DNA of 64,000 nucleotides from Planctomycetota bacterium (GCA_965248575.1 CBDFJQ010000002.1:4704001-4768000), one strand, 5' to 3'; positions 39,871 to 49,922 are shown, counted from the stretch's first letter. Notes: generated by a model from the sequence alone, not told the origin. Numbers and translations: made by a program.

Positions 39871-41184
39871 ATGACCATCACCTTTCAGCCGATGCCGGAC
39901 GCCCCGGCCGCGCACACCCCGTCCGCCCTGTCTGCCGAGGAGCTCCGAGCCCTGTGCCTGGAAGCCGGTGCCGACGACGTAGGTTTCGTGTCCATCGACA
40001 ACCCCGACCTGGGCCTCGAGGCTGATCAGGCCCGGGCCGTCCGGCCGGGCGTCCGTACCTTGATTAGCCTGGTGTTCCGCATGAACCGGGAGCCCATCCG
40101 CAGCACGGCGCGCTCGGTGGCCAATCTGGAGTTTCACCACACGGGTGACCAGGTGAACGACACAGGGCGGGCTCTCGTGCGCGCCCTGGAGGACCGCGGG
40201 CTTGCGGCGCTCAACCCGGCCATGGGTTTCCCGATGGAGATGCAGCGTTTTCCGGACCGGACCTGGGTCGTGGCCCACAAGACCGTGGCGGTGGCGGCCG
40301 GCATGGGGCACATGGGCATGCATCGCAACGTGATCCACCCGCGCTTCGGTAGCTTCGTCCTGCTGGGGACAGTGTTGCTGGACGCCGAGCTGAGCGAGCA
40401 TGGCAGCCTCCTGGAGGACAGCCCCTGTTTCGAGTGCCGCCTGTGCGTGACGGCCTGCCCGGTGGGGGCCATCAAGAGCGAGGGCTCCTTCGACTTCAGC
40501 GCTTGCTACACCCACAACTACCGCGAGTTCATGGGTGGCTTCACCGACTGGGTCGAGCAGGTCGCTGATGCGGGCTCGGCCAAGGGCTATCGCGAACGGG
40601 TCTCCGACAGCGAGAGCGCCTCCATGTGGCAGAGCCTCTCCTTCGGCGCCAACTACAAGGCCGCCTACTGCCTCGCCGTGTGCCCGGCGGGGGACGACGT
40701 CATCGGGCCCTTCCGCGACAACAAGAAGGCCTTCGTGAGCCAGGTCGTGCGGCCGCTGCTCGACAAGCAGGAAGCTGTCTATGTCTCGCGGGGCAGCGAT
40801 GCAGAGGCTCACGTGAGCAAACGCTTCCCGCACAAGCAGATTCGCCGGGTGGAGAGCGGCCTGCGGGCTACGACCATCGACAACTTCCTCGCCTACCTCC
40901 CACACCTGTTCCAGCCCGGCGCAGCCGGCGACCTCTCGGCCCGCTACCACTTCACTTTTACCGGCGATGAAGCCCGTGAAGCGAGCGTCGTTATCAGTGA
41001 CGGCCGCTGTGAAGTCCTTGAGGGTCACGTGGGGGAGGCCGACGTCACGGTGCGCACGGACGCCGCGAGCTGGCTGCGCTTCCTGCGCAAGGATGCGGGG
41101 CTGCTGGGCGCGATCTTGCGACGGAAGACGAAGGTCAAGGGTCAGCTGTCACTGCTCAAGGCCTTCGGGCGCTGCTTTCCCTGA
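39871..41184 (+). CDS. QueG/reductive-dehalogenase-like Fe-S protein fused to an SCP2 lipid-binding domain
   Basis: GADDVGF, HKTVAVAAGMG..G....IHPRFGS, CFECRLCVTACPVGAI, YCLAVCP; C-terminal YHFTFTG...ADVTV..D...KVKG. Confidence 0.82.
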   Translation: MTITFQPMPDAPAAHTPSALSAEELRALCLEAGADDVGFVSIDNPDLGLEADQARAVRPGVRTLISLVFRMNREPIRSTARSVANLEFHHTGDQVNDTGRALVRALEDRGLAALNPAMGFPMEMQRFPDRTWVVAHKTVAVAAGMGHMGMHRNVIHPRFGSFVLLGTVLLDAELSEHGSLLEDSPCFECRLCVTACPVGAIKSEGSFDFSACYTHNYREFMGGFTDWVEQVADAGSAKGYRERVSDSESASMWQSLSFGANYKAAYCLAVCPAGDDVIGPFRDNKKAFVSQVVRPLLDKQEAVYVSRGSDAEAHVSKRFPHKQIRRVESGLRATTIDNFLAYLPHLFQPGAAGDLSARYHFTFTGDEAREASVVISDGRCEVLEGHVGEADVTVRTDAASWLRFLRKDAGLLGAILRRKTKVKGQLSLLKAFGRCFP

Positions 41185-41258
41185 ACGGACCCGGACCCGG
41201 ACACGGCTTCCGGGGTCCGCTCCATCGCATCGTTCGAGCGCCGTGCACCCACCGACGG

Positions 41259-41999
41259 CTACTTCTTGCGCGCCCGTTCAGCCAGGAGCGGCTTCCAGTC
41301 GTCGGCGCTGCGCGTGCCCGCCCCGCCGGCCGCCGCACCCACTCCGCTGAGCGTGCCCAGGGTTGCGTCCAGGACCGTCGTGACGACCGCGGCGTGCTTG
41401 GCCAGGTCCTCCTGCTTGTTGCCCAACTTGCGTTCCGCCTTGTCGAGGGTCTTCACAAGCCGCTTCAGCAGCTTGTCCATGTCCTTCTTGGGGAGGTCGA
41501 CATAACCCGCCAGGGCTTCGGCCGCTGTGCGGGCGAAGCGTGTGTCCGGGTGGACCAGCAGCGCCTCCAGGCTCTTCAGTGCCTCCTTCTCGTGCAGCTT
41601 GCCGGCTGTCTCGATGGCCAGGGCATAGGTGTTGCGAAGCAGCGTTCCCTCCACGTGCTCGGGAACCTCGAGCAGTTGCGCGAACTGCTTGGTGGAACCA
41701 GGGACTGAGAGGACCGCGTAGGTCTCCATCACCAGGCACTGCGGGATGCGCTTGTCATTCTTGAATGCCAGCCCGGCCGCCTTGACGACCGGGGCGAACG
41801 CCTTGTCGTCGAAGGCGTCCCGGAGCGCCTCGGCCTGCTTCAACGCGACGCCAGGGTTCTCGCCCTTGCGCAGCGCCGATTCGATGGCCGCCGCGGCGTC
41901 CTTCGGCGTCTGCGGTTCGTCTTGGGTGGTAGGGGCGGTGACGGCGGTCGATGGCAGGCAGCCTAGAACGAGAAGAAGAGCCACGGTCGAGACGATCAT
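41259..41999 (-). CDS. Exported helical (HEAT-like) protein
   Basis: Signal peptide; ALKSLEALL.HPD..FARTAAEALA. Confidence 0.65.
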   Translation of the reverse strand: MIVSTVALLLVLGCLPSTAVTAPTTQDEPQTPKDAAAAIESALRKGENPGVALKQAEALRDAFDDKAFAPVVKAAGLAFKNDKRIPQCLVMETYAVLSVPGSTKQFAQLLEVPEHVEGTLLRNTYALAIETAGKLHEKEALKSLEALLVHPDTRFARTAAEALAGYVDLPKKDMDKLLKRLVKTLDKAERKLGNKQEDLAKHAAVVTTVLDATLGTLSGVGAAAGGAGTRSADDWKPLLAERARKK

Positions 42000-42200
42000 C
42001 GGTTCACTCCTGGAGAGAGGGGCTGGATGTTTTCCCCTGGCTCCCGCCCTTGAACCCTGGGTGACGTCGCCTGGGCAAGCTGTCTGCCACAGCAGTAGGG
42101 CGGTGCACCTTGCTGGCAAGACCGACCCACCACACGAGCCAGATCAGATCGCTTATGCTCCAAACCAGCGAATGAGGTGACCGGGACGCGGGAGGCGAAG

Positions 42201-45119
42201 ATGAGTGGTCGGTTGGGAGCGCTTGTCGGGCTGATCGTGATGACGCTGCTGGTGGGTGGCTTCCTGATCTGGTTGCAGCCTGAAGAGGCTGTTGACGTTT
42301 CGCCCATGGAACGGGGTGTAGCGGAATCAGCTCGCTCGATGGTGCTGCCAGAGGGATCTCTTCCCGTGGTTGCCGGGGATCGCGAGGCGCAGCCGCTCGA
42401 AAGTGCCTCGCGTTCGCCGTCCCTGGACCCAGCGGATCAAGGCAGCGACCTGGCGCCCTCAATGGAGGCGGGAGACACGAACCTCCTGCGGGTGAGCGGG
42501 CGGGTTGTCGACGAGAGCGCCCGCCCCATCGCAGGCGCGGAGGTCATGCTTCACCTCTCACGTCGGACGCGGATGCGACTGGACCTCACGATCCACTACT
42601 TCAATGCGCCTGTGCCGTGGGCAGACTTCCCTTCCACGGTCACAGATGCTCAGGGCCGCTTTGTCCTGGAGGCGGAGGAGGCGGCTGACATGGACGGTCG
42701 GCGTAGCAATCCTGAGCACCTGCCGAGCTCCACGGCCGTCGTCGTGTCGCATCAGGGTCTGCGCGGTCTCGCCGAACGCGTGCCCGGTTCCGACTGGGCC
42801 GTGGACATGGACGATCTGGTGCTGCTCCCAGGTGTCGTGGTGGTGGGGCGCGTCCTGGACAAGCACAGCGTTCCCCTGGAGGGCGCCGACGTGCGTCTGC
42901 CACACATGGCTTGGGGAGACGGCCGGGTCACCGAAGCCTGGACTCTTCTGCGCGATCTCATCCGCACGAGTTCCGGGCCCGACGGCCGTTTTCGTCTCGA
43001 CACGAATTGGGTCGGTGATTTTCGCTTCGAGGTCAGCCTTGCCGGCAAGCAACCGTGGCAGGGCCGCAAGACACTGCACCTGGGGAAGGTGGCGGACCTG
43101 GGCGACGTCGTCCTTCAAACCGGCGGGGCCGTGTCGGGCCGCGTCACCGACACGACTGGCGAACCGTTGCCGGATGTTCGCATCAAGCTGCGCCCTCAGC
43201 AATTCGTGCAGCAGTGGCCGGGGGAGGACATTGCCCTGCGCGACCTGCGCACGACCACCCGCAGCAGCAGCGGTGCTAGGGAGGAGGAGACCCAGAGTGA
43301 CGAGCAGGGTCTGTTTCTCTTCGACGCCCTGCCTCCAACGAGCTATCGCGTCTACGCGATGAAGGAGGGATTCGAGCCGCAAGTTGTGGGAGACGTGGAG
43401 CCCGGAGCGTTGCCGCTTGAAGTGGCGCTCCTGCCCGAGGCCCTGATCGTGCTCACCCTGCTGGACGACCTGAGCGGTGAGGCAATCGTGGGGGCCGGTG
43501 CAACGGTGCGGCGACGGAGCACCCTCACGGGTCCAGAGCAGCGATTCGACATGGACCCCTGGCTTGAGATCCTCATGGGCCCAGCCGCTGCGATACGCGT
43601 GGGGCGTGAGGGCTCGGGGCACGGACTGGTGGTCGCTGGGCCGGCGGGCTTCCTGCGGAACAGTGTGCGCACGGATTCGCCCGAACATGCGCCGCTGGAA
43701 GTCGAGCTGCCGGGTGTCGAGCCGGGGCAGGTGCTGGAGCGGACGCTGCGACTGAACCGGGCAGCCTCGATTGCTGGACTTGTGCTGGACTCCTCCGGTG
43801 AGCCGCTCGAGCACGCGGACGTCACAGTCCGCCCCCAGAAGCAGGATGAGGACTCGGGCAGCTTCCAGGGAATCGGGCAGAAGCGCGTGACGACGGACGC
43901 GGACGGCCGCTTCCATGCGGGTGGGTTGTCTGGAGGGTTGCACCTGGTGGAGGTAGACAAGGGCGGCTTCGTCATTCCGGACGCTATCGAATTCATGCTG
44001 GTCGATGGAGAGAAGTCTGAGGGCCTCGAAATCGTGCTCCAGCGCGGAGTGATCCTGACGGGCACGGTCTACAAGACGGACGGCCAACCGGCGCAGAATC
44101 ACGAGGTCAACGCGCAGACCGAAGGCGTGCTGCAGGAGGATGTGGCTTCAACCAAGGTTCTCACGGATGCCGCGGGGCGTTTCGTGGTCGACAGCCTGCC
44201 GCCGGGAGAGCTTCGGGTCAGTGCGTACCCCGGTGCCGAATCCTTCGTGCGCACGGCACCCGATCTCGCGCCGGACATCGTGTTGCAGCTGCGCCGACCG
44301 CCCAGCGTTCGAGGGCGGGTCTACGACGCAGACGGCCATGCTGTCGAGGCCGACGTGAATCTGCACATGGATGGGTTGCCCTTTGCGGCCCAAGAGACCG
44401 AGACCAACAGTGACGGGCAGTACCTGCTCGAGGATCTGCCTGTGGGGGAGTCGATGCTGCAGGCGCGGGACGGTGGGGCTCGCACACCTCTCGTTTCTGT
44501 ACAGCTGGACTACGACCGGGACGAGATCGTGGATCTGCGGTTTGCCGACGGGCGCATCCTGGGCCAGGTGCTCGACGAGGCTACGGGCGAACCCATCCCC
44601 GGCGTCCGAATGCGCGCATTCGTGCCCAATGCTCCTGACCGAGACTTCGCAGGAGCATCGGATGGAACGGGCCGCACGAACGCGGAGGGCCGCTTCGTCC
44701 TCCAGAGGCTGCCGCCCGGCACCTATGTCCTGACAGCTCGTCACAGGGACTACATCCCGTTCGGCCCCGAGGGGATGGTGGTGGGCCCGGCGGCGCGCGT
44801 CGAGCGCACGATTCGTCTCTCTCGCAGCGCTGTGCTCACTGGCCGGGTGACCACGGTGGGAGCAGAGGGGGCAGGCGAGCTTGGGATGACGCTCATTCCA
44901 ATCGACGGGGGCAAAAACCAGGGCTTTGGCGGCGTGCCCTTCGAGGGCGACTACCGGGTGTCTGGCCTTGCCACCGGTCTCTACCGCTACGAAGTCAAGC
45001 GCCTGAGTGCCTACCCTCCGCTTCCAGACCAGGAGCATGTCTTTGCCACGGGCGAGGTGAGCGTCGTGCAGGGTGAAGAGACCCGACACGATGTGGTGCT
45101 CGTGCCGAAGGGCGGCTGA
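42201..45119 (+). CDS. Membrane-anchored protein with tandem carboxypeptidase-regulatory-like domains
   Basis: GGAGG RBS; N-terminal TM; about 8 GRVxDxxGxPxxGAxV...TDxxGRF repeats. Confidence 0.88.
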   Translation: MSGRLGALVGLIVMTLLVGGFLIWLQPEEAVDVSPMERGVAESARSMVLPEGSLPVVAGDREAQPLESASRSPSLDPADQGSDLAPSMEAGDTNLLRVSGRVVDESARPIAGAEVMLHLSRRTRMRLDLTIHYFNAPVPWADFPSTVTDAQGRFVLEAEEAADMDGRRSNPEHLPSSTAVVVSHQGLRGLAERVPGSDWAVDMDDLVLLPGVVVVGRVLDKHSVPLEGADVRLPHMAWGDGRVTEAWTLLRDLIRTSSGPDGRFRLDTNWVGDFRFEVSLAGKQPWQGRKTLHLGKVADLGDVVLQTGGAVSGRVTDTTGEPLPDVRIKLRPQQFVQQWPGEDIALRDLRTTTRSSSGAREEETQSDEQGLFLFDALPPTSYRVYAMKEGFEPQVVGDVEPGALPLEVALLPEALIVLTLLDDLSGEAIVGAGATVRRRSTLTGPEQRFDMDPWLEILMGPAAAIRVGREGSGHGLVVAGPAGFLRNSVRTDSPEHAPLEVELPGVEPGQVLERTLRLNRAASIAGLVLDSSGEPLEHADVTVRPQKQDEDSGSFQGIGQKRVTTDADGRFHAGGLSGGLHLVEVDKGGFVIPDAIEFMLVDGEKSEGLEIVLQRGVILTGTVYKTDGQPAQNHEVNAQTEGVLQEDVASTKVLTDAAGRFVVDSLPPGELRVSAYPGAESFVRTAPDLAPDIVLQLRRPPSVRGRVYDADGHAVEADVNLHMDGLPFAAQETETNSDGQYLLEDLPVGESMLQARDGGARTPLVSVQLDYDRDEIVDLRFADGRILGQVLDEATGEPIPGVRMRAFVPNAPDRDFAGASDGTGRTNAEGRFVLQRLPPGTYVLTARHRDYIPFGPEGMVVGPAARVERTIRLSRSAVLTGRVTTVGAEGAGELGMTLIPIDGGKNQGFGGVPFEGDYRVSGLATGLYRYEVKRLSAYPPLPDQEHVFATGEVSVVQGEETRHDVVLVPKGG

Positions 45120-45134
45120 ACCCGGCGCGCCAGA

Positions 45135-45494
45135 CTAGCTGTCGAGCTCGTTCACGATGACGCGCACGGCGCTGCTCGAACTCGCCGAGCCGTTGCTGTC
45201 CTGCGCGGGGAACCAGGCCTGGACGTAGAAGCTGCTGCCGGGGGACAGGCCGTCGGGCCATGCGAACTGAAGCGAGCCGCCAGACGTGAGGGGCACGAAG
45301 CTCTGGGGCACCGGGATCAGCGTGCCACCCAGGAAGGGCTGGGCTGCCGAGAACTGGCCGGCCAGCAGCCAGCCCAGCTGAGGTCCGCTGCCCGACTCGC
45401 TGTTGAGCAGCTGCAAGTTACATGGGGCGTTGGGTGTTGTGTCGCCGCTACCGGCCAGGGTCATGGAGCCCGCATCGCCGTCAAGGTCGGCCAC
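45135..45494 (-). CDS. Standalone copy (or remnant) of the shared C-terminal domain
   Basis: PFLGGTLIPVP...AWPDGL.PG..FYVQAWF...SASSSSAVRV; no signal peptide. Confidence 0.55.
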   Translation of the reverse strand: MADLDGDAGSMTLAGSGDTTPNAPCNLQLLNSESGSGPQLGWLLAGQFSAAQPFLGGTLIPVPQSFVPLTSGGSLQFAWPDGLSPGSSFYVQAWFPAQDSNGSASSSSAVRVIVNELDS

Positions 45495-45526
45495 TAGGCC
45501 CGCGGGCCCACGCGGTCTTCCGTTGG

Positions 45527-47803
45527 TCAGGATTCTCGTTGAATCCCCAGCTTCTTCATCCGGAACCGCAGGGTCGCCGGCTTGAGGCCCAGTCGCAGGG
45601 CTGCTCCTCGAGGCCCTTCCACGACCCAGTTGCAGTCGGCCAGGACGCGGCGCATGTGTTGCCGGGTGACGTCGTCCAGATCGTCGTGACCGCCTTTCTC
45701 CGTTGATACTGAGAGCAGCCCTGCTTCGAGTGTCAGCTCGGGCCCGCCGCAGAGGATGGCGGAGCGTTCGATGATGTTCTGCAGCTCACGGATGTTCCCG
45801 CCCCACTCATGGGCCAGCAGTTTCTGCATGCTCGCGTCGTCGAAGTGACTGAGTCGCTTCCCAAACTTGCCGGAGAAATCGCAGAGGAAGTGCTCCACGA
45901 GCTGAGGGATGTCGGACCGTCGTTCTCGCAGCGGCGGCACCCGCAATGGAAAAACGCTCAGCCGGTAGTAGAGGTCGCTGCGAAAGAGCTGCTGCTTCAC
46001 CATCTCGGACAGGTCGCGATGGGTTGCTGCCACGATACGCACGTTGACGCGCACTGTCGTTTCGCCCCCGAGCCGTTGGATCTCACCTTCCTGGAGCGCG
46101 CGGAGGAGCTTGGCCTGCGCTTCGGCGGAAAGTTCACCCACTTCATCCAGGAAGAGCGTCCCTCCCGATGCCAGCTCGAACCTCCCTCGCTTGCGATGGG
46201 TCGCTCCGGTGAAGGCGCCCTTCTCGTGACCGAAGAGTTCGCTTTCAAGCAGGTCCTTGGGCAACGCCGCGCAGTTGACCGTGACCATGATGCGGTCGTG
46301 GCGCACGCTCTGCTCGTGGATGGCCCGCGCGATCAGCTCCTTGCCGGTGCCCGTCTCTCCAAGGATCAAGACGGTGGAGTCGGTGGCCGCGACCTTCTCG
46401 ACGTGCGAGAGCACTCCGGCCATGGCCGGCGAATCTCCGACGATGGTGGTGTGTTGGGAGAGCTGCTCCTGAAGCAGCTGCTTGTCTTCGCGTAGGCGGC
46501 TGAGCTCTTTCTCCGCGCGTCTCCGGTCGTTCACGTCGCGCAAGATGAGCGTGTAGCTGGGTTCGCCGTCGACCTCGAAGGGTGAGAGGGTCAGTTCGAC
46601 CGGGAAGGTGCCGCCTCCCGGGCGCCGGGCGCTGAGGCCTTCGGGTGCCCAGACCGATTTGGTGCCTCCCTGGGCATCGACGAGCCGCGCGGAGGAGAAC
46701 ACGCGAACGGCTTCGGCGCCGGGAAAGAACGTCTGCGCTTCCTGTCCCAGCAGTTCACTCGCCGAGCATTTGAAGACCCGCTCCGCCGCTGGGTTGAGGC
46801 GCGTGATCACAAAGGACTCGTCGAGGATGACGACGGCGTCCATGGCGGAGTCGAAGATGCTCTGAAGGCGGCGTTCGCTGGATTCGTGGGCCTGCTCCGC
46901 CGCCTTGCGCGCCGTGATGTCGTGCCACAAGGTGATCATCATCTTGCGGCCCTTCCACTCCGTGATGCGCAAGCTGACGATGACGTGGCGCGGGCTGCCG
47001 TCCTTGGCCTTGTGCAGCGCTTCGAACTCATCTCCTCCGCTTTCGAGGATCGCGTCGACGTGGCTGCTTGTCTGGGACGGGTTGGGAACCATCTCCAGAT
47101 CGCTGATGGTGAGTTGTGCGAACTCGGCGCGGGAGTAACCCATCATCTCTGCGGCCTGGTCGTTGAACTCTTCCGGCTTCCATGTGTCGGGGTCGAACAA
47201 CACGATGGCGCAGGGAGAGCGCTCGAAGAGGATCTTGAAATTGTCTTCGAGGTCACGCAGCCGGTTGTCGGCCGCCCTGCGGTGCATGTCGACAGACGCC
47301 CGCAGGGCGAAGATCTCCAGCACGGCTCGGATGCTCGCGATGTCGAGCAGGGGGCGGTCATCCAGGATCGCGATCTGCCCTACGGACCTGCCGTCGTCCC
47401 CCTTGAGCGCGACGCCGTAGCAGCTTTGCACGTTCAGGTCGAGCAGCATCAGGTCCTCGGGGTACTTGCTGCAGAGGTCGTGGTCGACCTGCAGCCAGCC
47501 GTCGCGCACTGCGTCCTCGCAGGGCGAGCCCGCCAGGGGCGCTTCCAGCACCTCCGTCGCCGTGCGTGAGTGGACCGTGAGCTTGCAGATCGGCACGCCG
47601 TTGGCGTCCTCATGCACTTCACTGAGCAGGGTCGCCTGGCAGCCCCAAGCCTCTGCGAGCCGCTGCACGAGCTGGCGCCGAAGCTCCTCGCCTGTCGTGC
47701 TGGGTGGCACCTCGTGCAGGGCCGTGAGCGCGGAGCTCATCTGCTGCCACGCCGTGGAGCTCAGCTTCGAGCTGTCCCGGTCACCATGAGCTCGTTGCGC
47801 CAT
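45527..47803 (-). CDS. Sigma-54 enhancer-binding protein, GAF-PAS-PAS-AAA+-HTH (FhlA-like architecture)
   Basis: [47 protein letters not shown]. Confidence 0.95.
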   Translation of the reverse strand: MAQRAHGDRDSSKLSSTAWQQMSSALTALHEVPPSTTGEELRRQLVQRLAEAWGCQATLLSEVHEDANGVPICKLTVHSRTATEVLEAPLAGSPCEDAVRDGWLQVDHDLCSKYPEDLMLLDLNVQSCYGVALKGDDGRSVGQIAILDDRPLLDIASIRAVLEIFALRASVDMHRRAADNRLRDLEDNFKILFERSPCAIVLFDPDTWKPEEFNDQAAEMMGYSRAEFAQLTISDLEMVPNPSQTSSHVDAILESGGDEFEALHKAKDGSPRHVIVSLRITEWKGRKMMITLWHDITARKAAEQAHESSERRLQSIFDSAMDAVVILDESFVITRLNPAAERVFKCSASELLGQEAQTFFPGAEAVRVFSSARLVDAQGGTKSVWAPEGLSARRPGGGTFPVELTLSPFEVDGEPSYTLILRDVNDRRRAEKELSRLREDKQLLQEQLSQHTTIVGDSPAMAGVLSHVEKVAATDSTVLILGETGTGKELIARAIHEQSVRHDRIMVTVNCAALPKDLLESELFGHEKGAFTGATHRKRGRFELASGGTLFLDEVGELSAEAQAKLLRALQEGEIQRLGGETTVRVNVRIVAATHRDLSEMVKQQLFRSDLYYRLSVFPLRVPPLRERRSDIPQLVEHFLCDFSGKFGKRLSHFDDASMQKLLAHEWGGNIRELQNIIERSAILCGGPELTLEAGLLSVSTEKGGHDDLDDVTRQHMRRVLADCNWVVEGPRGAALRLGLKPATLRFRMKKLGIQRES

Positions 47804-47822
47804 GATCGGACTCTAGCAGCCA

Positions 47823-47860
47823 GCCCGCAACGGGTTGCGGGCAGCCACAGCAAGTTGTGG
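47823..47860. promoter_or_regulatory. Tandem candidate upstream activator sequences
   Basis: CCGCAAC-GG-GTTGCGG (47825-47840) and CCACAGC-AA-GTTGTGG (47845-47860), 20 bp apart. Confidence 0.65.
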
Positions 47861-47935
47861 ATCCGAAAGGCGGCGTTTCGAGTGGAGTGTTTGTAATAGA
47901 CTCCTAGGTAACAAGTTAGGTCTCGAATCCGCTTT

Positions 47936-47951
47936 TGGCACGGGCCTTGCT
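47936..47951 (+). promoter_or_regulatory. Sigma-54 -24/-12 promoter
   Basis: TGGCACG-GGCC-TTGCT matches the consensus TGGCACG-N4-TTGCW exactly. Confidence 0.9.
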
Positions 47952-48021
47952 CTTGTTGGCTCTCGAGGGCCGGATCACCTGCCCTCTGTCAATGAGCACA
48001 GAGCCCAAAGAGAGAAATGCC

Positions 48022-48378
48022 ATGAGCAGCAACGAACTTCTGAAGCACGACAGTGACCTCAACGCCCTCGTTCGCCAGGGCAAGATCCTGGACGGCCTGG
48101 AGCAGCACTTTGCCGAGGACTGCACCTTCCAGGAAGGCACCAACGCGCCCATCGAGGGCCGGGCGACGCAGTCCAAGCGTCTCGAGGAGATGTTCAGTGG
48201 CCTGAAGAGCTTCGATGGAGCCACGCTCCATAGCCAGGCCATCGGCGAGGGCGTCACCCTGACCGAGTGGACCTTCAACATGACGGCCGGCAACGGCGAC
48301 CCGATCATTTGGAACGAGGTGCTGTCGCGCCAATGGAACGACGGCAAGGTCGTGCGCGAGCGCTACTACCAGGCCTGA
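48022..48378 (+). CDS. SnoaL-like/NTF2 fold protein
   Basis: EQHFAEDC..QE...P..GR...W.DGKVVRERYY. Confidence 0.85.
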   Translation: MSSNELLKHDSDLNALVRQGKILDGLEQHFAEDCTFQEGTNAPIEGRATQSKRLEEMFSGLKSFDGATLHSQAIGEGVTLTEWTFNMTAGNGDPIIWNEVLSRQWNDGKVVRERYYQA

Positions 48379-48545
48379 GTTGGGGGTCGACGACACCCGC
48401 CGCGATGCGGGCGTTCGAACGGTTTCAGGTTTGCGACACGGACCCCCTGGGAGCGCACCGGGGGTTCGTGCCGCGCTCCGTTTGAGAAAGAGCGGCGAGA
48501 TCGGGCCGGAGCATCAGCCTGGATTGGGAGGTGTCATCCGGGCGT

Positions 48546-49922
48546 CTATTGCCAGAGGAAGACGTCGAAATAGGATCCGCTGACCATCTTTGCTCGATCG
48601 GGATTGGTCGTGGCGAAGCCGACGTGCGACCCCGTCTTGCCGACCCAAGCGTTGCCGCCTTGTTTGGAGAGGCTCGCATGCAGCACGCGTGTGTCCGTGA
48701 TGTACTTCTGCTCATCCTGATTCTCGTCGGCCTTCCAGATGGCGAGCTCCGCCGGACCTTCATAGGAGGAGGAGCTGGAGTGGTTCCTGCCCGGCTCCAC
48801 AGGGTCCTGGTAGGTGAGGATTGAGGGCCCATTCGCGAGCGAAACATGCGTGCTGAGCCTTCCTCCGACCGCAGGCGCATGCTTGTCTGCATCAGCCAAC
48901 GCGATATTGGCCAGCCCTCCCATGAGGGGTGTCGCTTTGTAGAGTCTGATCGAGCTCACGTGATTGCCCCAGCCGGCGACGGGGTCATAGACAACTGCAG
49001 CCCAGTCCATCCAGAAGATGCGTTCCGACACCTTCTCGACGAGCTGCTTTGCGGTTCCGGCATGGTCGGAGGAGCTCAAGGTGTGGAAGACTTGAGTGAA
49101 GAGCCACAGGGGCAAGTTCATCTGCCAGTCCCTCCTGCTCCTCCAGTACAAGTCATCCCAAGCCTTCTGGATCTTCTCCAGCAAGGGTTCGTAGTACTTG
49201 GCCGAGAGGCGTTGTTCCGCCTCCAGGAGCTGAATCTTCTCTTCGTCGCTCTTGGAGCTCGCGTTCAGCTGCAGGGAATACACCAACCCGTCCGCAACCA
49301 CCGCATAAAGGGCGGACGAGTAGAGGCCAGCGCCCACATTGAAGACCGCGGTGACGTCACCCTGCGTGAGGGCATAGGTCGACGTGATGAGTGGCGTGTG
49401 TCCATCCCCCGTCGCGGCACCGGCTAGCGCCATGGCGTTCTTCTTGATCACGCCTCGATCGAATCCGATCAAGGCCTCGGCGGCTGCGTCGACGTCGGCT
49501 TGCACAACTGGCTGTGCGTTGAGCGCATTCTCGTAGATCTTCGCCAGGCCTTGGATCGTCTTGAGGTTGTCCAGGGCGTCGGAGATCTGGGTCGTCGCCG
49601 CCAGCTTCGAGCCGTGCGCCTTCAGGCTCTCGAACTGATCCACCATGAGCTTCTTCAGGCTGTCCACCTTCGTGCTCAGGTCCTTGATGGCGCCCAGGAT
49701 TCGATCCGTGTCGCTCTTTCCTCCCGAGAACATGCCGATCAAACCAAGACCGGCACCGAGCAGGCCCAGCCCCATGGAGAGCTTGGAGAGCGCCTTCGTC
49801 GTGCCCAGTAGTTTGTCGAAGCGCTCCAGGATCTCCTGCCCTGCCTTGTCTTCGGCGGCCCACTTGATGACGGAGTCCGCAGCGCGTTTCATTTGACCGG
49901 CGACGTCGGAAGCAGCAGGCAT
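48546..49922 (-). CDS. Hypothetical protein; N-terminal hydrophobic hairpin plus coiled coil, possible pore-forming-toxin-like
   Basis: KLSMGLGLLGAGLGLIGMF then heptads IKDLSTKVDSLKK; C-terminal DWAAVVYDPVAGWGNH. Confidence 0.6.
   Translation of the reverse strand: MPAASDVAGQMKRAADSVIKWAAEDKAGQEILERFDKLLGTTKALSKLSMGLGLLGAGLGLIGMFSGGKSDTDRILGAIKDLSTKVDSLKKLMVDQFESLKAHGSKLAATTQISDALDNLKTIQGLAKIYENALNAQPVVQADVDAAAEALIGFDRGVIKKNAMALAGAATGDGHTPLITSTYALTQGDVTAVFNVGAGLYSSALYAVVADGLVYSLQLNASSKSDEEKIQLLEAEQRLSAKYYEPLLEKIQKAWDDLYWRSRRDWQMNLPLWLFTQVFHTLSSSDHAGTAKQLVEKVSERIFWMDWAAVVYDPVAGWGNHVSSIRLYKATPLMGGLANIALADADKHAPAVGGRLSTHVSLANGPSILTYQDPVEPGRNHSSSSSYEGPAELAIWKADENQDEQKYITDTRVLHASLSKQGGNAWVGKTGSHVGFATTNPDRAKMVSGSYFDVFLWQ

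Noticed and set aside
39871..41184. Naming the gene queG
   Set aside because: The SCP2 fusion, altered second Cys motif and MarR control argue against orthology.
41187..41220. GGACCC repeat and imperfect hairpin between convergent genes
   Set aside because: Bulged stem and no U-tract; too weak to call as a terminator.
42072..42090. GG-N10-GC sigma-54-like spacing upstream of 42201
   Set aside because: Poor match to TGGCACG/TTGC; expected by chance at this GC content.
47905..47920. IHF site between UAS and sigma-54 promoter
   Set aside because: Only a partial match to WATCAA-N4-TTR.
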